In this document: in pieces, positions 25,701 through 37,700 of the stretch
How positions within the stretch are numbered: the stretch's first letter is position 1
How the letters are laid out: each line of letters begins with the position of its first letter
NCBI GenBank assembly: GCA_965113315.1
Contig: OZ220369.1
DNA: 64,000 bases
Source of the DNA: Podarcis vaucheri
Lineage: Eukaryota
Strand: one strand, 5' to 3'
Translations under genes and position numbers: made by a program
The notes under the pieces: generated by a model
Seen by the model: only the letters and a program-made list of their open reading frames with translations
Databases searched by the model: none
Told to the model about the DNA's origin: nothing

Positions 25701-28700
25701 ATTTTTGAGGTCCCAGCCCCTGCAGTGCCCCCACCCTATAAATAGCATACAGAATAGTGGTTTGCACAGCCCAGTAAGGCAGATAATAGCACAGCAAAAT
25801 TCAAAACAGTAACCATTAATTGTACATTTATCCAAAAGACAATTAGTTCAATTAATTAAACAAAATTGGTGAACTCGATCCAATGATGCCAGGTTTCCAA
25901 AGCCTATCACTCATTTACACCTCCGGTGCCCCTCTGCTGCTCTCCTGCCTCTTAGCACCCCCAGGTCACCCCCCCACACACACTCCGGAAGGAGACGTAC
26001 CACCCACCTTGGGAACCACAGATCTAGAGGCTGGGCTACGTGTTTGGAACACGGCTGCCCTTCAAGATTGCCAGAAGCCTGCTGTTTTGTTCTTGGGCAG
26101 AACCCATTGTCCTTCCTACAAAGGTTTGTCCCCAAAGCCACATGGCACCGGAGCTCTGGGATGTCTGCTGTGACTGTTTTGGACCCTCAAATCCGGCCTG
26201 CAGACCTGCCCTTCTGTTAGTCCCTTGTACGATAATGACAACCTGGAAAAGAGAGAGAACCCTTTCAGTTTATAAAAGCCTTGTCTTTCTGCTTGCCTGG
26301 AAATGACTATTGCATCCCCAGGTAGCTAGGCAGGCCCCTTAGCTCCCACTGCATGAGTTTCTAGTCTGTCTGTCATCTCCTTTGCACACACCTCCACAAC
26401 CCTGGATCTGAGATATCAAAGCATCCGAAATACGAGCAGAAGCAAGAGAGAGACCAGTTCCTCTTGCTGTGTAGAGCAGGGGTCAGCAACTTTTTTCAGC
26501 CGTGGGCCAGTCCACCGTCCCTCAAACCATGTGGAAGGCCAGAGTATATTTGGGGGGGGGGAATGAATGAATTCCTATGCCCCACATATAACCCAGAGAT
26601 GCATTTTAAATAAAAGCACACATTCTACTCATGTGAAAACACCAGGAGGGCCCCACAAATAACCCAGAGATCCATTTTAAATAAAAGGACACATTCTACT
26701 CATGTAAAAACACACAGATTCCCTGACCGTCCGTGGGCCAGATTGAGAAGGTGATTGGGCCGCATCCAGCCCGCGGGCCTTAGGTTGCCTACCCCTGGTG
26801 TAGAGAGTATGCAAAATGTTTTTTTTTTTCCTAGAGTGTATTAGAGTTGCTTTGAGCCTGGGATTAAAATATTTTAAATAAACACATGCCCCCAGCCCTT
26901 GTGAAGAGAAGCGTGTCAGGATCCTTGCCTTTTCCTTTCCCATTAGAGTGTATGGCTAATGACCTCTGGAAGGTGCTGAAGGTCTGTTTTCTAGGCTGTT
27001 CTAGTCCTTTTGGTAAGGGTTTGCATAGCTTTTTGCAGTTGTTAATTTTCAGGATACAGACCGGTTCAAAGTTGCTTCGCCTGTTACCTTTACAATGCTT
27101 GGGCATTTGACTTGAGTCATCCACATTTGACCGCTGTGCCCCACAAGCTCATGGCAGCTCTGCCTTGTATGCACAGGTCCAGGCCTTTCTATGGCTGGCT
27201 AGTATTGGTGATAGCATTTCAAATGCTAGATTAAGTGCTACAAATTGCGCAAGTAAATACTAAAAAGAGGATGTTTTGCTATAATTTCCTGTTATTCACA
27301 CTTCTGTTGACAATTCAAATTGAATTTCAAAACCACACCTAAATCATGACACTTGAGTAAGTGAAAAATCCTGTGCATTGTAAGTAATCTAGTGGAGTTA
27401 CACGCACTTGACAGCTGGGATTGATGACCAAATTCTAGTCAAGCTGCCCCAACTGCCGAAAGCAGGACGAGGAAGACAGCGTGCTCTTGACTGGCCAGTG
27501 GGCACAAAACCTGCCCCTTCACCCCCTGACCAGCTGCTCCTCAATAACCTAATTTTTGTTCTTCAACAGAGTGAGCACTTTTCGTTCCTGGGTATTAACA
27601 ATCAGTCCAACCTGAGTGATATGAGATGTCGGACAACTTTCTACACTGCACTTGGGCGCCTCCTCATGGTGGACCTAGGTATTGCACTCTGTTCTTACGG
27701 GCCCACTAGACTCTTCTAGTCTTAACTAATTTAATTATTGGTGGGGGCAGTTAATAAGCTAACTTCCTGTACAGCAAACAAATCTGCTAGGCAGGGGTGG
27801 GGAGGAATCTGAATGTTGATCTTTATCTTGTACACGTTAGCACCCCAAAGTTCACTAGACGGGCCAATTGAGGAGAATTAGTTCTGCTGACGGCGACCCC
27901 AGATGTGTGGCGTGTGTTGCTGTGCACAGGGCTGTAGAAGATAACAGTCCTTCATGCCTCTCTTCCAGGGGAGGACGAGGATCAGTATGAGCAGTTTATG
28001 CTGCCCCTCACAGCTGCCTTCGAGACGGTGGCGCAGATGTTCAGCACCAATACCTTCAATGAGCAGGAGGCAAAGGTAAGGAAAGTCCAGCTCTCGCTCC
28101 CCCAATCTTCAGCCACCTCCTCGCACAAGCCTTCTGTCGCCTGCTTGGCAAAACATTCTGGACTTCAGCTTAACCCATCAGCCAATGGCCCTGCTCACTG
28201 GGACTGATGCAAACTGGAGTCCCAAACTTGTAGTGGGTGCCTGGTTGGCAAAACTTGGCTTGGAGGCTCTCTCTCAGCTTGTGTGTGCAAGCTAGAGGGC
28301 TCTTCCACATACAGTCTCTAGTGATGGCCAGCCTCCTTCAGAATCTGAAGCAGGGATTACCTGTCAATGGAGGACGGTATCCTTTGACTTGGGCTCAAGG
28401 CAGGTCTTTTACAAATCAAGCATAGTGCATCAGGCCATTAGGAGGAGGCTTTCCCTCAACACACACACACCTCAAATTCCTGCTCCTGCCTGCTGTTGAG
28501 GCTAGACCAGAGGTCAGCCAGCTTTTTCATCCGTGGGGTGATCCACTGTCCCTTAGACCATGTGTGGGGCTGGACTATGTTGTTATTTTAAATAAAAGGA
28601 CACATTCTACTCATGTAAAAACACTTTGATTCCTGGACCGTCCGCAGGCCAGATTGAGAATGCAATTGGGCCGGATCTGGCCCCTGGGCCTTAGGTTGCC

Positions 28701-31700
28701 TACTCCTGGGCTAGGCATTTGTCAGAGCCCTTCTGCCTCTCTGAACTTCCTCGTTCTCTTTTGGCTACCAGTAATTTTTTTCCTCCCCTTTCTCCTTCTT
28801 CAGTGCTTAGTTAGGTGGCTGCCTGTGTTTGGCCACTTAAATTTTTTCTCACTGCATACAGACCTCATTGGGCTTTCAGGATGCTTCCTGCCGCCTGGAC
28901 TGTAAAGCCATCAGGCTCCTCATGCAATCCTGGCCTGAAAAGAGCAATGGCCAGTCCTTAATTTCATTCAGCGGGAAGTGGGCAGACAACCACTCAGCAA
29001 ACAGACTCTCGCCGTGGGTATTTATTTACCGTATTTTTCGCCCTATAAGATGCACTTTTTCCCCTCCAAAAATGAAGGGGAAATGTGTGTGCGTCCTATG
29101 GGGCGAATGCAGGCTTTCGCTGAAGCCTGGAGAGCAAGAGCGGTAGGTGAGCACCGACCCCTCTCGCTCTCCAGGCTTCGCGGACCTCTCCGCAAGCAGC
29201 GGGAGCGCTCCCACTGCTTGTGGAGAGCTACCTGCATGCCGAAGCCTGTGCACGCTGAGATCAGCGCGTCCAGGCTTCGCGGACCTCTCCGCAAGCAGCG
29301 GGAGCCCAGCGCTGGGCACCCGCTGCTTGGGGAGACTTGCCGGCATCCCGAAGCCTGTGCACGCTGAGATCAGCGCGTCCAGGCTTCGCGGACCTCTCCG
29401 CAAGCAGCGGGAGCCAGCGCTGGGCTCCCACTGCTTGCAGAGAGCTGCCTGTTTGGGGGCTGGGGTTGGGGGAAGCTCGGGCCGCCCCAGCCCCGCGCCT
29501 GGGGGGGAAATAATTTTTTCCCCTTTATTTCCCCCCCAAAAAACTAGGTGCGCCTTATGGGACGGTGCGTCCTATAGGGCGAAAAATACGGTATTTATTT
29601 ATTTCCCACCCATTTATACCCCAGTTGGCAACAGAGGGGGGCTGTCCCTGGCTTTTTCTCTTATCTGGCCCTGATCATTTCACAGGACTCTTAAAACTGT
29701 CACTGGCAGCAGATGCTAGCCTGTATGCATCTTTTTTTTTTCTTCTCATCCTGCGACAAGATGGTGGTGTGCTTAGAATGAATTTATGGCCTAAACACTG
29801 AATCATGGAAACAACCTCTAAAACAAACCTTTCTGTGGTTCCTGGTCAGAGTCTCAAACTATACGGGGAAGAAGTCCTCGATGACAGGCTAATTGAGACA
29901 TTATTCTTACTCTTATTTTATTTGTACCCCGCCCATCTGGGGGCTAGAGGATTGCAGAATCGGGGCGCAGCGTTGATGTCAGATGACACCATCGCTCCCA
30001 GAACAAACCAGAGTCCCAGCCCCAGCCAAATGTGCCCTTGACAATTCACACCTTCCCTTCAGGAAGGAGAAACACGGAAGAAGGGGATCATCCTAGCAAC
30101 AGTTTTGGCCATACTTTGACTCCAGCAAAAGAAAGGCACCAGTTAATGTCACCAGTGTCCGGGTCTTCAGAAAAATACACTCTAGCCTCCCTGGCAATGC
30201 AATATCTGCTTGATAGCCACAGTACAAAACAATTCCAGATTCTCAGAAATTTTTGGGGTGTACAGTAGAGGTGTATGTTGCTTTTTTAAATGATTTTTTT
30301 AAAAAAAAACAAAGTGAACGAACCCCATTTGCTTTTAAGTATAAAAACAAATGGCAATTCAAAAGAATGAGTTTTAAATGGGGGAAAAGCCATTTGTTTC
30401 TTTTGGGATAAAAAATGGAAACTGTCTGGAACAGCTTGTACTGGTTGCAGGGAGCGGGAAAAGAGAGCAGTCAGACACTGTCTGCACCTTTTAAAGTTGC
30501 CTATAAAACAGGCCGTTTGTCCTCTCCATTTGAAATTTGGCAAGTCTGATACCATTAAAGAGTTGCAGGGTGCTTCTCAGTTTTATGTCATTTGGATGGA
30601 AAGCCCTGCAATTAGACAGCAAATGACTAGCTAGGTCTGCTACTGAAAGAAACGGGAACAAAAATGTGAGATTAACGAAGTCAAATGCACTTGCTCCTGT
30701 TCAGTAATGGAAAACAAATAACAAAACAAATGGCATTTTAAATACTGAAAACAAATACAGTGGTGCCTCGCAAGACGAAATTAATTCGTTCTGTGAGTCT
30801 TTTCGTCTTGCGATGTTTTTCGTCTTGCGAAGCACGGTCCGTCGCAACTGCGCCTCTTCAAGCGGCTTTAAGAAAAAAGCGAACAAACTCGCAAGACGTT
30901 TTTCGTCTTGCGAAGCAAGCCCATAGGGAAAATCGTCTAGCGAAGCAACGCAAAAACCGAAAAACCCTTTCGTCTAGCGAGTTTTTCGTCTTGCGAGGCA
31001 TTTGTCTTGCGGGGCACCACTGTAGAGTAACTAACTGAGATACGTGTCTTGTTCACCTCTTGATGTATACGCCCGGTATTTTTCTTGCCCGGGAAAACGT
31101 TGACTTAGAAGGCAGTTGTGCATCTTGAGTACCTTTTCATCCTGTGCAGTGGAGGCACTCTGCTCCATCACAGGAGCCCAGGCAACCACCAGATTTACCC
31201 CCTCTGATAGTAAATGCATGTTCCAATGCATCTGAGGCACTCTAGACTTCTTGGGAATCTATATTGCCAGCTCTGAGCCCACCCTTTCAGACTGTTGCCT
31301 GTATTGTCTTCACAAAGCTTATCCTCCTCCTGGGACGAACACAGAGACCAGGGTTCAGTTGCTGTGATACAACATCATCAAGGCTGCCTGGCTAAGTCAC
31401 CAAGACTTGGACACCAGAGTCTGAATCCTTCTGTGAGCAAAGTGATTCAGAAGCATTTTGGCATTGCCAAAGTCGCCTGGTGAATGGCAAAGTACAGTGG
31501 TACCTCAGATTACATACACTTCAGGTTACAGACTCCACTAACCCAGAAATAGTGCTTCAGGTTAAGAACTTTGCTACAGGATGAGAACAGAAATTGTGCT
31601 CCGGTGGCGCGGCGGCAGCAGGAGGCCCCATTAGCTAAAGTGCTGCTTCAGGTTAAGAACAGTTTCAGGTTAAGAACGGACCTCCAGAAAGAATTAAGTA

Positions 31701-34700
31701 CTTAACCCGAGGTACACCATTCATTTGAGGTTCCCAACAAAGCGTGTCAAAGAAATAGGTTCCCCATCTTTCCCATCATCCCATCTCCTGACCAGAGACC
31801 TTGGGAAGTCCTGGTAAGAAGGAAGAGGTTGCATCTAGCTGGCTGCCTAGCCCTACTCCACAGAGGCTGTACTCTTTGCTCCAGAGGAAGCAGGCCGTTC
31901 CTCATCTCTAGCCAGCAGAGAGAAGCCTGCCCCATCGCCACTGAGTGACCGAGAACCCACCTAGGCTTAACATCCAGGAGAGTTGGGGCTATATTAGTTC
32001 CTGGCTATTTTGCTGCTGATGGCATAAGCCAGTTGTGTGGCGAGTTCCCACCCCCCACCAAGGATAAATAAAGACACAAGACACCATAATTTAAGGTTAA
32101 ATGGGCGAATTAGGCCACAACTTTATTGAATTCAGGAATGAGAGGCATTGGCTTAGGCATTGGTCCTATTGGCTATCCGGCTCCATCCCATTTGCTGGAG
32201 ACACGGGAAGGGTTAACACTATAGGGGGGAGTCTCCTGCTGAGGCACGTCAACTAGGAGCTCCCCCGGGTCACCGCTCAGGGGCGTGCCTTTGGCCCACA
32301 CCTCCATAGGCTTCGGACAGGTCCATGCCCCCCAGAGTCCTTTATCGGACCACCCTATTGTACCCCTGACCTGTTTTTCTTAGAGGCTGTTGCATCCCTC
32401 TCCTTCCTTCCCTAATCTTGAGGGGTTTTGTTTAATGCCAATTATTCAGACTTTTTGGTTGGTCTCAGTGGCGTTGTGCCAAGCCTCCTCCTGATGGATG
32501 CTTCAGTTTGCTTGCCTTTTGGGCGCAAGCCCTGCCTTGAGAGTGAGTGAGAGGGCAGGAAGAATTCCCTCTGGATACCCTCCGTCCACCACAAGGAACA
32601 TTCATAGTAAGTCCCACTGTTCTTCTTTGAGTGGTATCAAATGAGACAATGGGCCTGTAGATGTCGGTGTCTGGCGACCCTCCAGGGAACTTTCCACCAG
32701 TGAAATGCACGCAATGTCCTCCGTGTCTTCCCACTAAGGGGGGAAGATGAGCACTGAGCTGAACTGTGTTCCGATGCTGTTGCTCAGGGAGTACAGCACG
32801 ATCTCATCTTACGTGCAGCTGACTCACAATTTCAACCTTGTGTGGTTGAAAATGGGCTGGTTGAAATTGCACAGTTTATGTGCACACAAAGAGAGTTTAA
32901 GAGCTCTTTTTGCAGCGGGTTTTCCTTCCAGGGAAGGAACTTGCTTAACGGGCAGGTCCTGCTCAGCAGGTGGGCTCTGGGATTCTCTCGGGGGAACTCG
33001 GATGACCGGCAAGAACATCCCAGAGCCCTTGCCTTGGTAAGCAAGGTGGATGTTTAAAAGCTTTACACCTTCTTGGGGGGCAAAGCCTTTTTGGCCTTGG
33101 TCTGGAAGGCAATGATACTTGTGCAGGGGTGGTTCCAAGGAGTGGTTTTAGTGCACATGGTTTTGTATGTACGAACCATCCTCAGAACGTAATCCCTGCA
33201 CAAGGTGTGATCATACTGTATCCATTTCTACAGTTGCTTCTTCCCCCTAACCCACACCTCTCCCTTCACACAGAGGACGTTGGTTGGCCTGGTGAGAGAT
33301 TTAAGGGGGATTGCCTTTGCCTTCAACGCCAAGACCAGCTTTATGATGCTCTTCGAGTGGATGTATCCTTAATCCTTAATCCTTATGTATGTCCCTTTAC
33401 TTCTTCCTGCCGCTGCTGAAAACTGCCTTGTGTTGCCTTCAACCCTTCTGATGATACTGCAGCTCAGGTGATAGGCTCTCAGCTGCTTCCCTGATCAAGA
33501 AGCAGGGCCTGTGGGCCACAGAAGGCCACCTGTAGAATTCCTCTTGTCTTGACATCTGGAGACGCTGCATGACTGTGGCCAGGGAAGAGAACCCACCAAT
33601 AACGTGCATACATAGTGGTGGCAGTGGGATCCCACCAGGATCTCAGCCAAAGGGATCCAGTAAGATAAAGGTAAAGGGACCCCTGACCATGAGGTCCAGT
33701 CATGGCCGACTCTGGGGTTGCGGCACTCATCTCACTTTACTGGCCGAGGGAGCCGGCGTAAAGCTTCCAGGTCATGTGGCCAGCATGACTAAGCCGCTTC
33801 TGGCGAACCAGAGCAGCGCACGGAAAATGCCATTTACCTTCCTGTCGGAGTGGTACCTATTTATCTACTTGCACTTCGTGCTTTCGAACTTCTAGGTTGG
33901 CAGGAGCAGGGACCGAGCAACGGGGGCTCACCCCGTCGCGGGGATTCAAACTGCCGACCTTCTGATCGACAAGCCCTAGGCTCTGTGGTTTAACCCACAG
34001 CGCCACCCGCGTCCCTCCAGTAAAGTACTCATCCACTTTTCAGGCTTATTATCTGCACTATAATCTGGCAACATCAGGTGTCTTTTGTGAGTGCCCCTGC
34101 CCTCCTACCTTTAGCCAAATAACACCCTGAGTTTTAAGAACCTGAATATTTAAAGTCATCCTGGAAGCAGTGTTGCCTCCTTAACCTCTGCCTCGCAGCT
34201 ACCCATCCTACATGCCAATCCTGCAGCGGGCAGTTGAGCTCTGGTACCACGACCCAGCCTGCACCACACCTGTGCTCAAGTTGATGGCCGAGCTGGTGCA
34301 CAACAGGTAGGTGAGGGGAAGAGGATTGGAACTGCTAGGCCAGGGCTGACTTGCCTAGGAATGCAAGGGGGCCATTCTTATATCTGCAGGGGCCTCCATA
34401 TACACCCACTGGGCTGCTTCAATCGGTGGAACTGGCACCACTACAGGTGCCATGTAATAGCTACTCCGCATTTGTAAGGACTCACTATTTTAGTGTGGTG
34501 GCACCTACACTTTGGAAATTCCTGCCTTTTGACACCGGGCAGGCGCCTTTATTATACTCTTATTTGGTGCTGGCTGGCTAAAAAAAAACATTTTTGTTTA
34601 GACAAGCCTTCACAGATGTTTAGAAAGCTGGTGTGAGTTTTAATCTGTTTTTGGTTTATTGTTGTTTAAACTTTTTGAAAATCTTCAGTTACGGTTGTCA

Positions 34701-37700
34701 TTTTTTCTTACTATTATTATTACTAATAATAATAATAATATTGTTTTACCTTTTATGTAAACCACTTGCTTTTTTTTTTTTTTTTGCAAACCGTGTATAA
34801 ATTTTATGAAATAAATCTGAATACGCAGACTTGACAGTAACAAAGAGCAATGCAAGAAACAATCACAGGAGAACATTTAAACATTTGTTTATTTTATTTA
34901 TTTATTTGGATACCACCCTTCACCCAAAGATCACAGGGCAGTTCACAACATAAAACTCACAAGAAACTTAAGTGTAACCCCAGGAACCAGGTCAGTTTTC
35001 CCTGGAAACAGCATAGAAGACCCCCTGCCCTCTGGTTGCCTCTGTTGGCAGGGGCCTCTGAAGATCTGGACAAACCAGAAGTAGTCCTTTGAGCAGCGCA
35101 TACTTGTCTGTGGAATTCCACAAGAGACCGTAACGGCTTTTTATTTTCGGTGGCTTTTTAAAAGGATAGCTAAATTCATGGAGGACGGGCCTATCATTGG
35201 CCATTATATGAGCTCCAGCTCTTTTTCTCCCTATGCTTCAGCCAACTCACAACTTTGTTGCTTCCTTCCAGATCCCAGAGGCTGCAGTTTGATGTCTCCT
35301 CACCCAATGGCATCCTGCTCTTCCGGGAGACGAGTAAAATGATAACTACCTATGGTGGGTCTCTTTCAAGGGAACGGGCGTCACTTGATGGGCTGCACTA
35401 GGTTGCAGTGGATGGCCAAGGGATGCCCCACTCCGTGACTGGGGGGAAGAGGCAGCCTGCAACATTCTCCAGTCACAGACCTCATCTAAAGGAGCAGATC
35501 TGCTGTCTGAAGTCCTGGAGCAGGAGGGAGAAAAGACCCTGCCAAAAGACAGGCAGGCAGGCCAGAACTTCCTTGCCCTCTAGCACTTTTCCCAGGTCGC
35601 TGTTGATAGTCTCACTTTTTCTTCTCTAATTACATTCTGTGCTACGTCATTCACATGAATTTTTGGATTGTTTTAGAGTAGAAGCAAAGCTCACAGCGAG
35701 CAGCAACAGAGGGCAAACTATGCTGTGTTATAATGTTTAAAAACAGGAGTACATTAAAAAGCACCTTTATGTATCAATATAAAGATTGGTATTGGCCTCA
35801 CCCCCTTGTGAAGGCGATTTGTTGAGAGTGAAGTAATAGTCTCCTGCACATTCAGTGTGGCTTTTTGACTTCCACTTCTCTGTTGACCTCCTGAGAATAA
35901 TATACTCTGGGCTGAGGTTAAAGGGGAAATGTACTGAGCAGAGTTGAGATAACTAGCCTTTTAAAAAATACTTTTGCAGGAAATCGCATCCTAACCTTGG
36001 GGGAGGTTCCAAAGGATCAAGTGTATGCCTTGAAGCTCAAAGGGATTTCCATCTGCTTCTCCATGTTAAAAGCTGCCCTGAGCGGCAGCTACGTCAATTT
36101 CGGTGTCTTCCGTCTGTATGGGGACGACGCACTTGATAACGCCTTGCAAACCTTCATCAAACTCCTGCTCTCCATCCCCCACAGCGACCTTCTGGTGAGC
36201 TTGTCCGCCTTGCATCAGGACCTCAAACCGTCCCCCACTTCGGGGGCACCTTGGGCAGCGTTCCACGAACTCCTCCCCATAAGCGCAAGGATTATCACTA
36301 GCACAACAATACTTCTCCCCGCACAATCCTCAAACCTGCTTGAGTGTTGGAGAAGCCCCTGCAACAGATTTGCAGGCGTGCAGGGGAAGAAGGTCTGTTG
36401 CACTAGTGATAATCCTTGCACTGATGGGATCCTGGCTCAGTGCTGCTTCACATACAGCCCCTTGTTTTACTGTGCTGCCTGTGCACAAGTGTCACAGTTG
36501 GTTTGCAGTTACTCTGCGCCACAGATGGGCAACCTGCTATCAGTGTTTTCCTTCTCGGAGCTTAAGTTAAGATTCCACCTTTTTCATGCCTTTATGTATT
36601 TCCCCTCCATGTAGTTTTTGACAACCTGTGCTACAAGGTCTGCACTGAATCCTGCATGTTGCTACTAACAGGTGATTTGGGCAGTAAGGCTAATGCCCCT
36701 TGCTAGACAAAACCATGGGGTTAACATGGCGTCGTGGGATCCAGATGGGAAGTTGGTCAGTAGATGCTGAAGAACGAGGAAGTGTGCTGTGGAGAATAAA
36801 ACCACAAATTCCTCCTCTTACTTACCACCTCTCTTTGCAAACACACACCTTGAAATTCTGGTGTTGAGGGTTCACAGTACATGGGCTGGTGCCTTGCACA
36901 AGCTCAACAATCAAAAAGCTATATTTCCCCTGTTATGCTTTGAAACATACTGCTTCTGACAGCAGGGTTGCAGTGGGGTTGTATAAGCACTGTGCTGTTG
37001 CTCCCTGTAGCAGTTTTGGGACGCCCCAGGATATGACTCTTCACATCTCTCATACCTGCATTCTCCCTTCCTTCCTTTGTTTGCAGGACTACCCTAAACT
37101 CAGCCAGTCCTATTATTCATTACTGGAAGTACTCACCCAGGACCACATGAATTTTATAGCTAGCCTGGAGCCGCACGTAATCATGTATATTCTTTCTTCC
37201 ATTTCGGAAGGTCTCACAGCACTAGGTGAGTGTATCCATGTTCTCTGTGTGTCTCCTTGGATGTGTCAGGGATGGGCAGGATCCTGAGGAGTCGGGGGGT
37301 GTATGGGCAGATGAAGCAGGTGGGCAGGAAGATACAAGGGGCCAGTGACCTGTGGGGTGGGGTGCCTCCCTGTGAGGCAGCTGTCAGTGGTGGTGGAACA
37401 GGGGTCAGGAGGAGGAGACTGGGCAATTGAGACGCATTGCAAGCCTGCAGCCATAGGCACCTAGACAGATAATTAAAGATACAGAACGATGGCGCCAGGC
37501 GAGCCTCCTTGGGGAGAGCGTTCCAGTAACGGGGAGCCACTGTTGAAAAGGCCCTGTTTTTCTGTTGCCACCCTCTGGGCTTCCTGTGGAGGAGGCACAC
37601 GAAGAAGGGCCTCAGGTGACGATCATAGTCAGGGTCGTTTCATATGGGGAGAGGTGGTCCTTGAGGTATTGGGAGTCACGCCATTCTGCCCCTTCTTTCC

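Noticed and set aside
30770-31010. CRISPR-like spaced repeats TTCGTCTTGCGA
   Set aside because: Eukaryotic DNA; irregular spacing and both orientations inside a MITE with TIRs
32034-32400. Possible LTR fragment (minus-strand AATAAA and CCAAT boxes)
   Set aside because: Could not define both ends or a TSD
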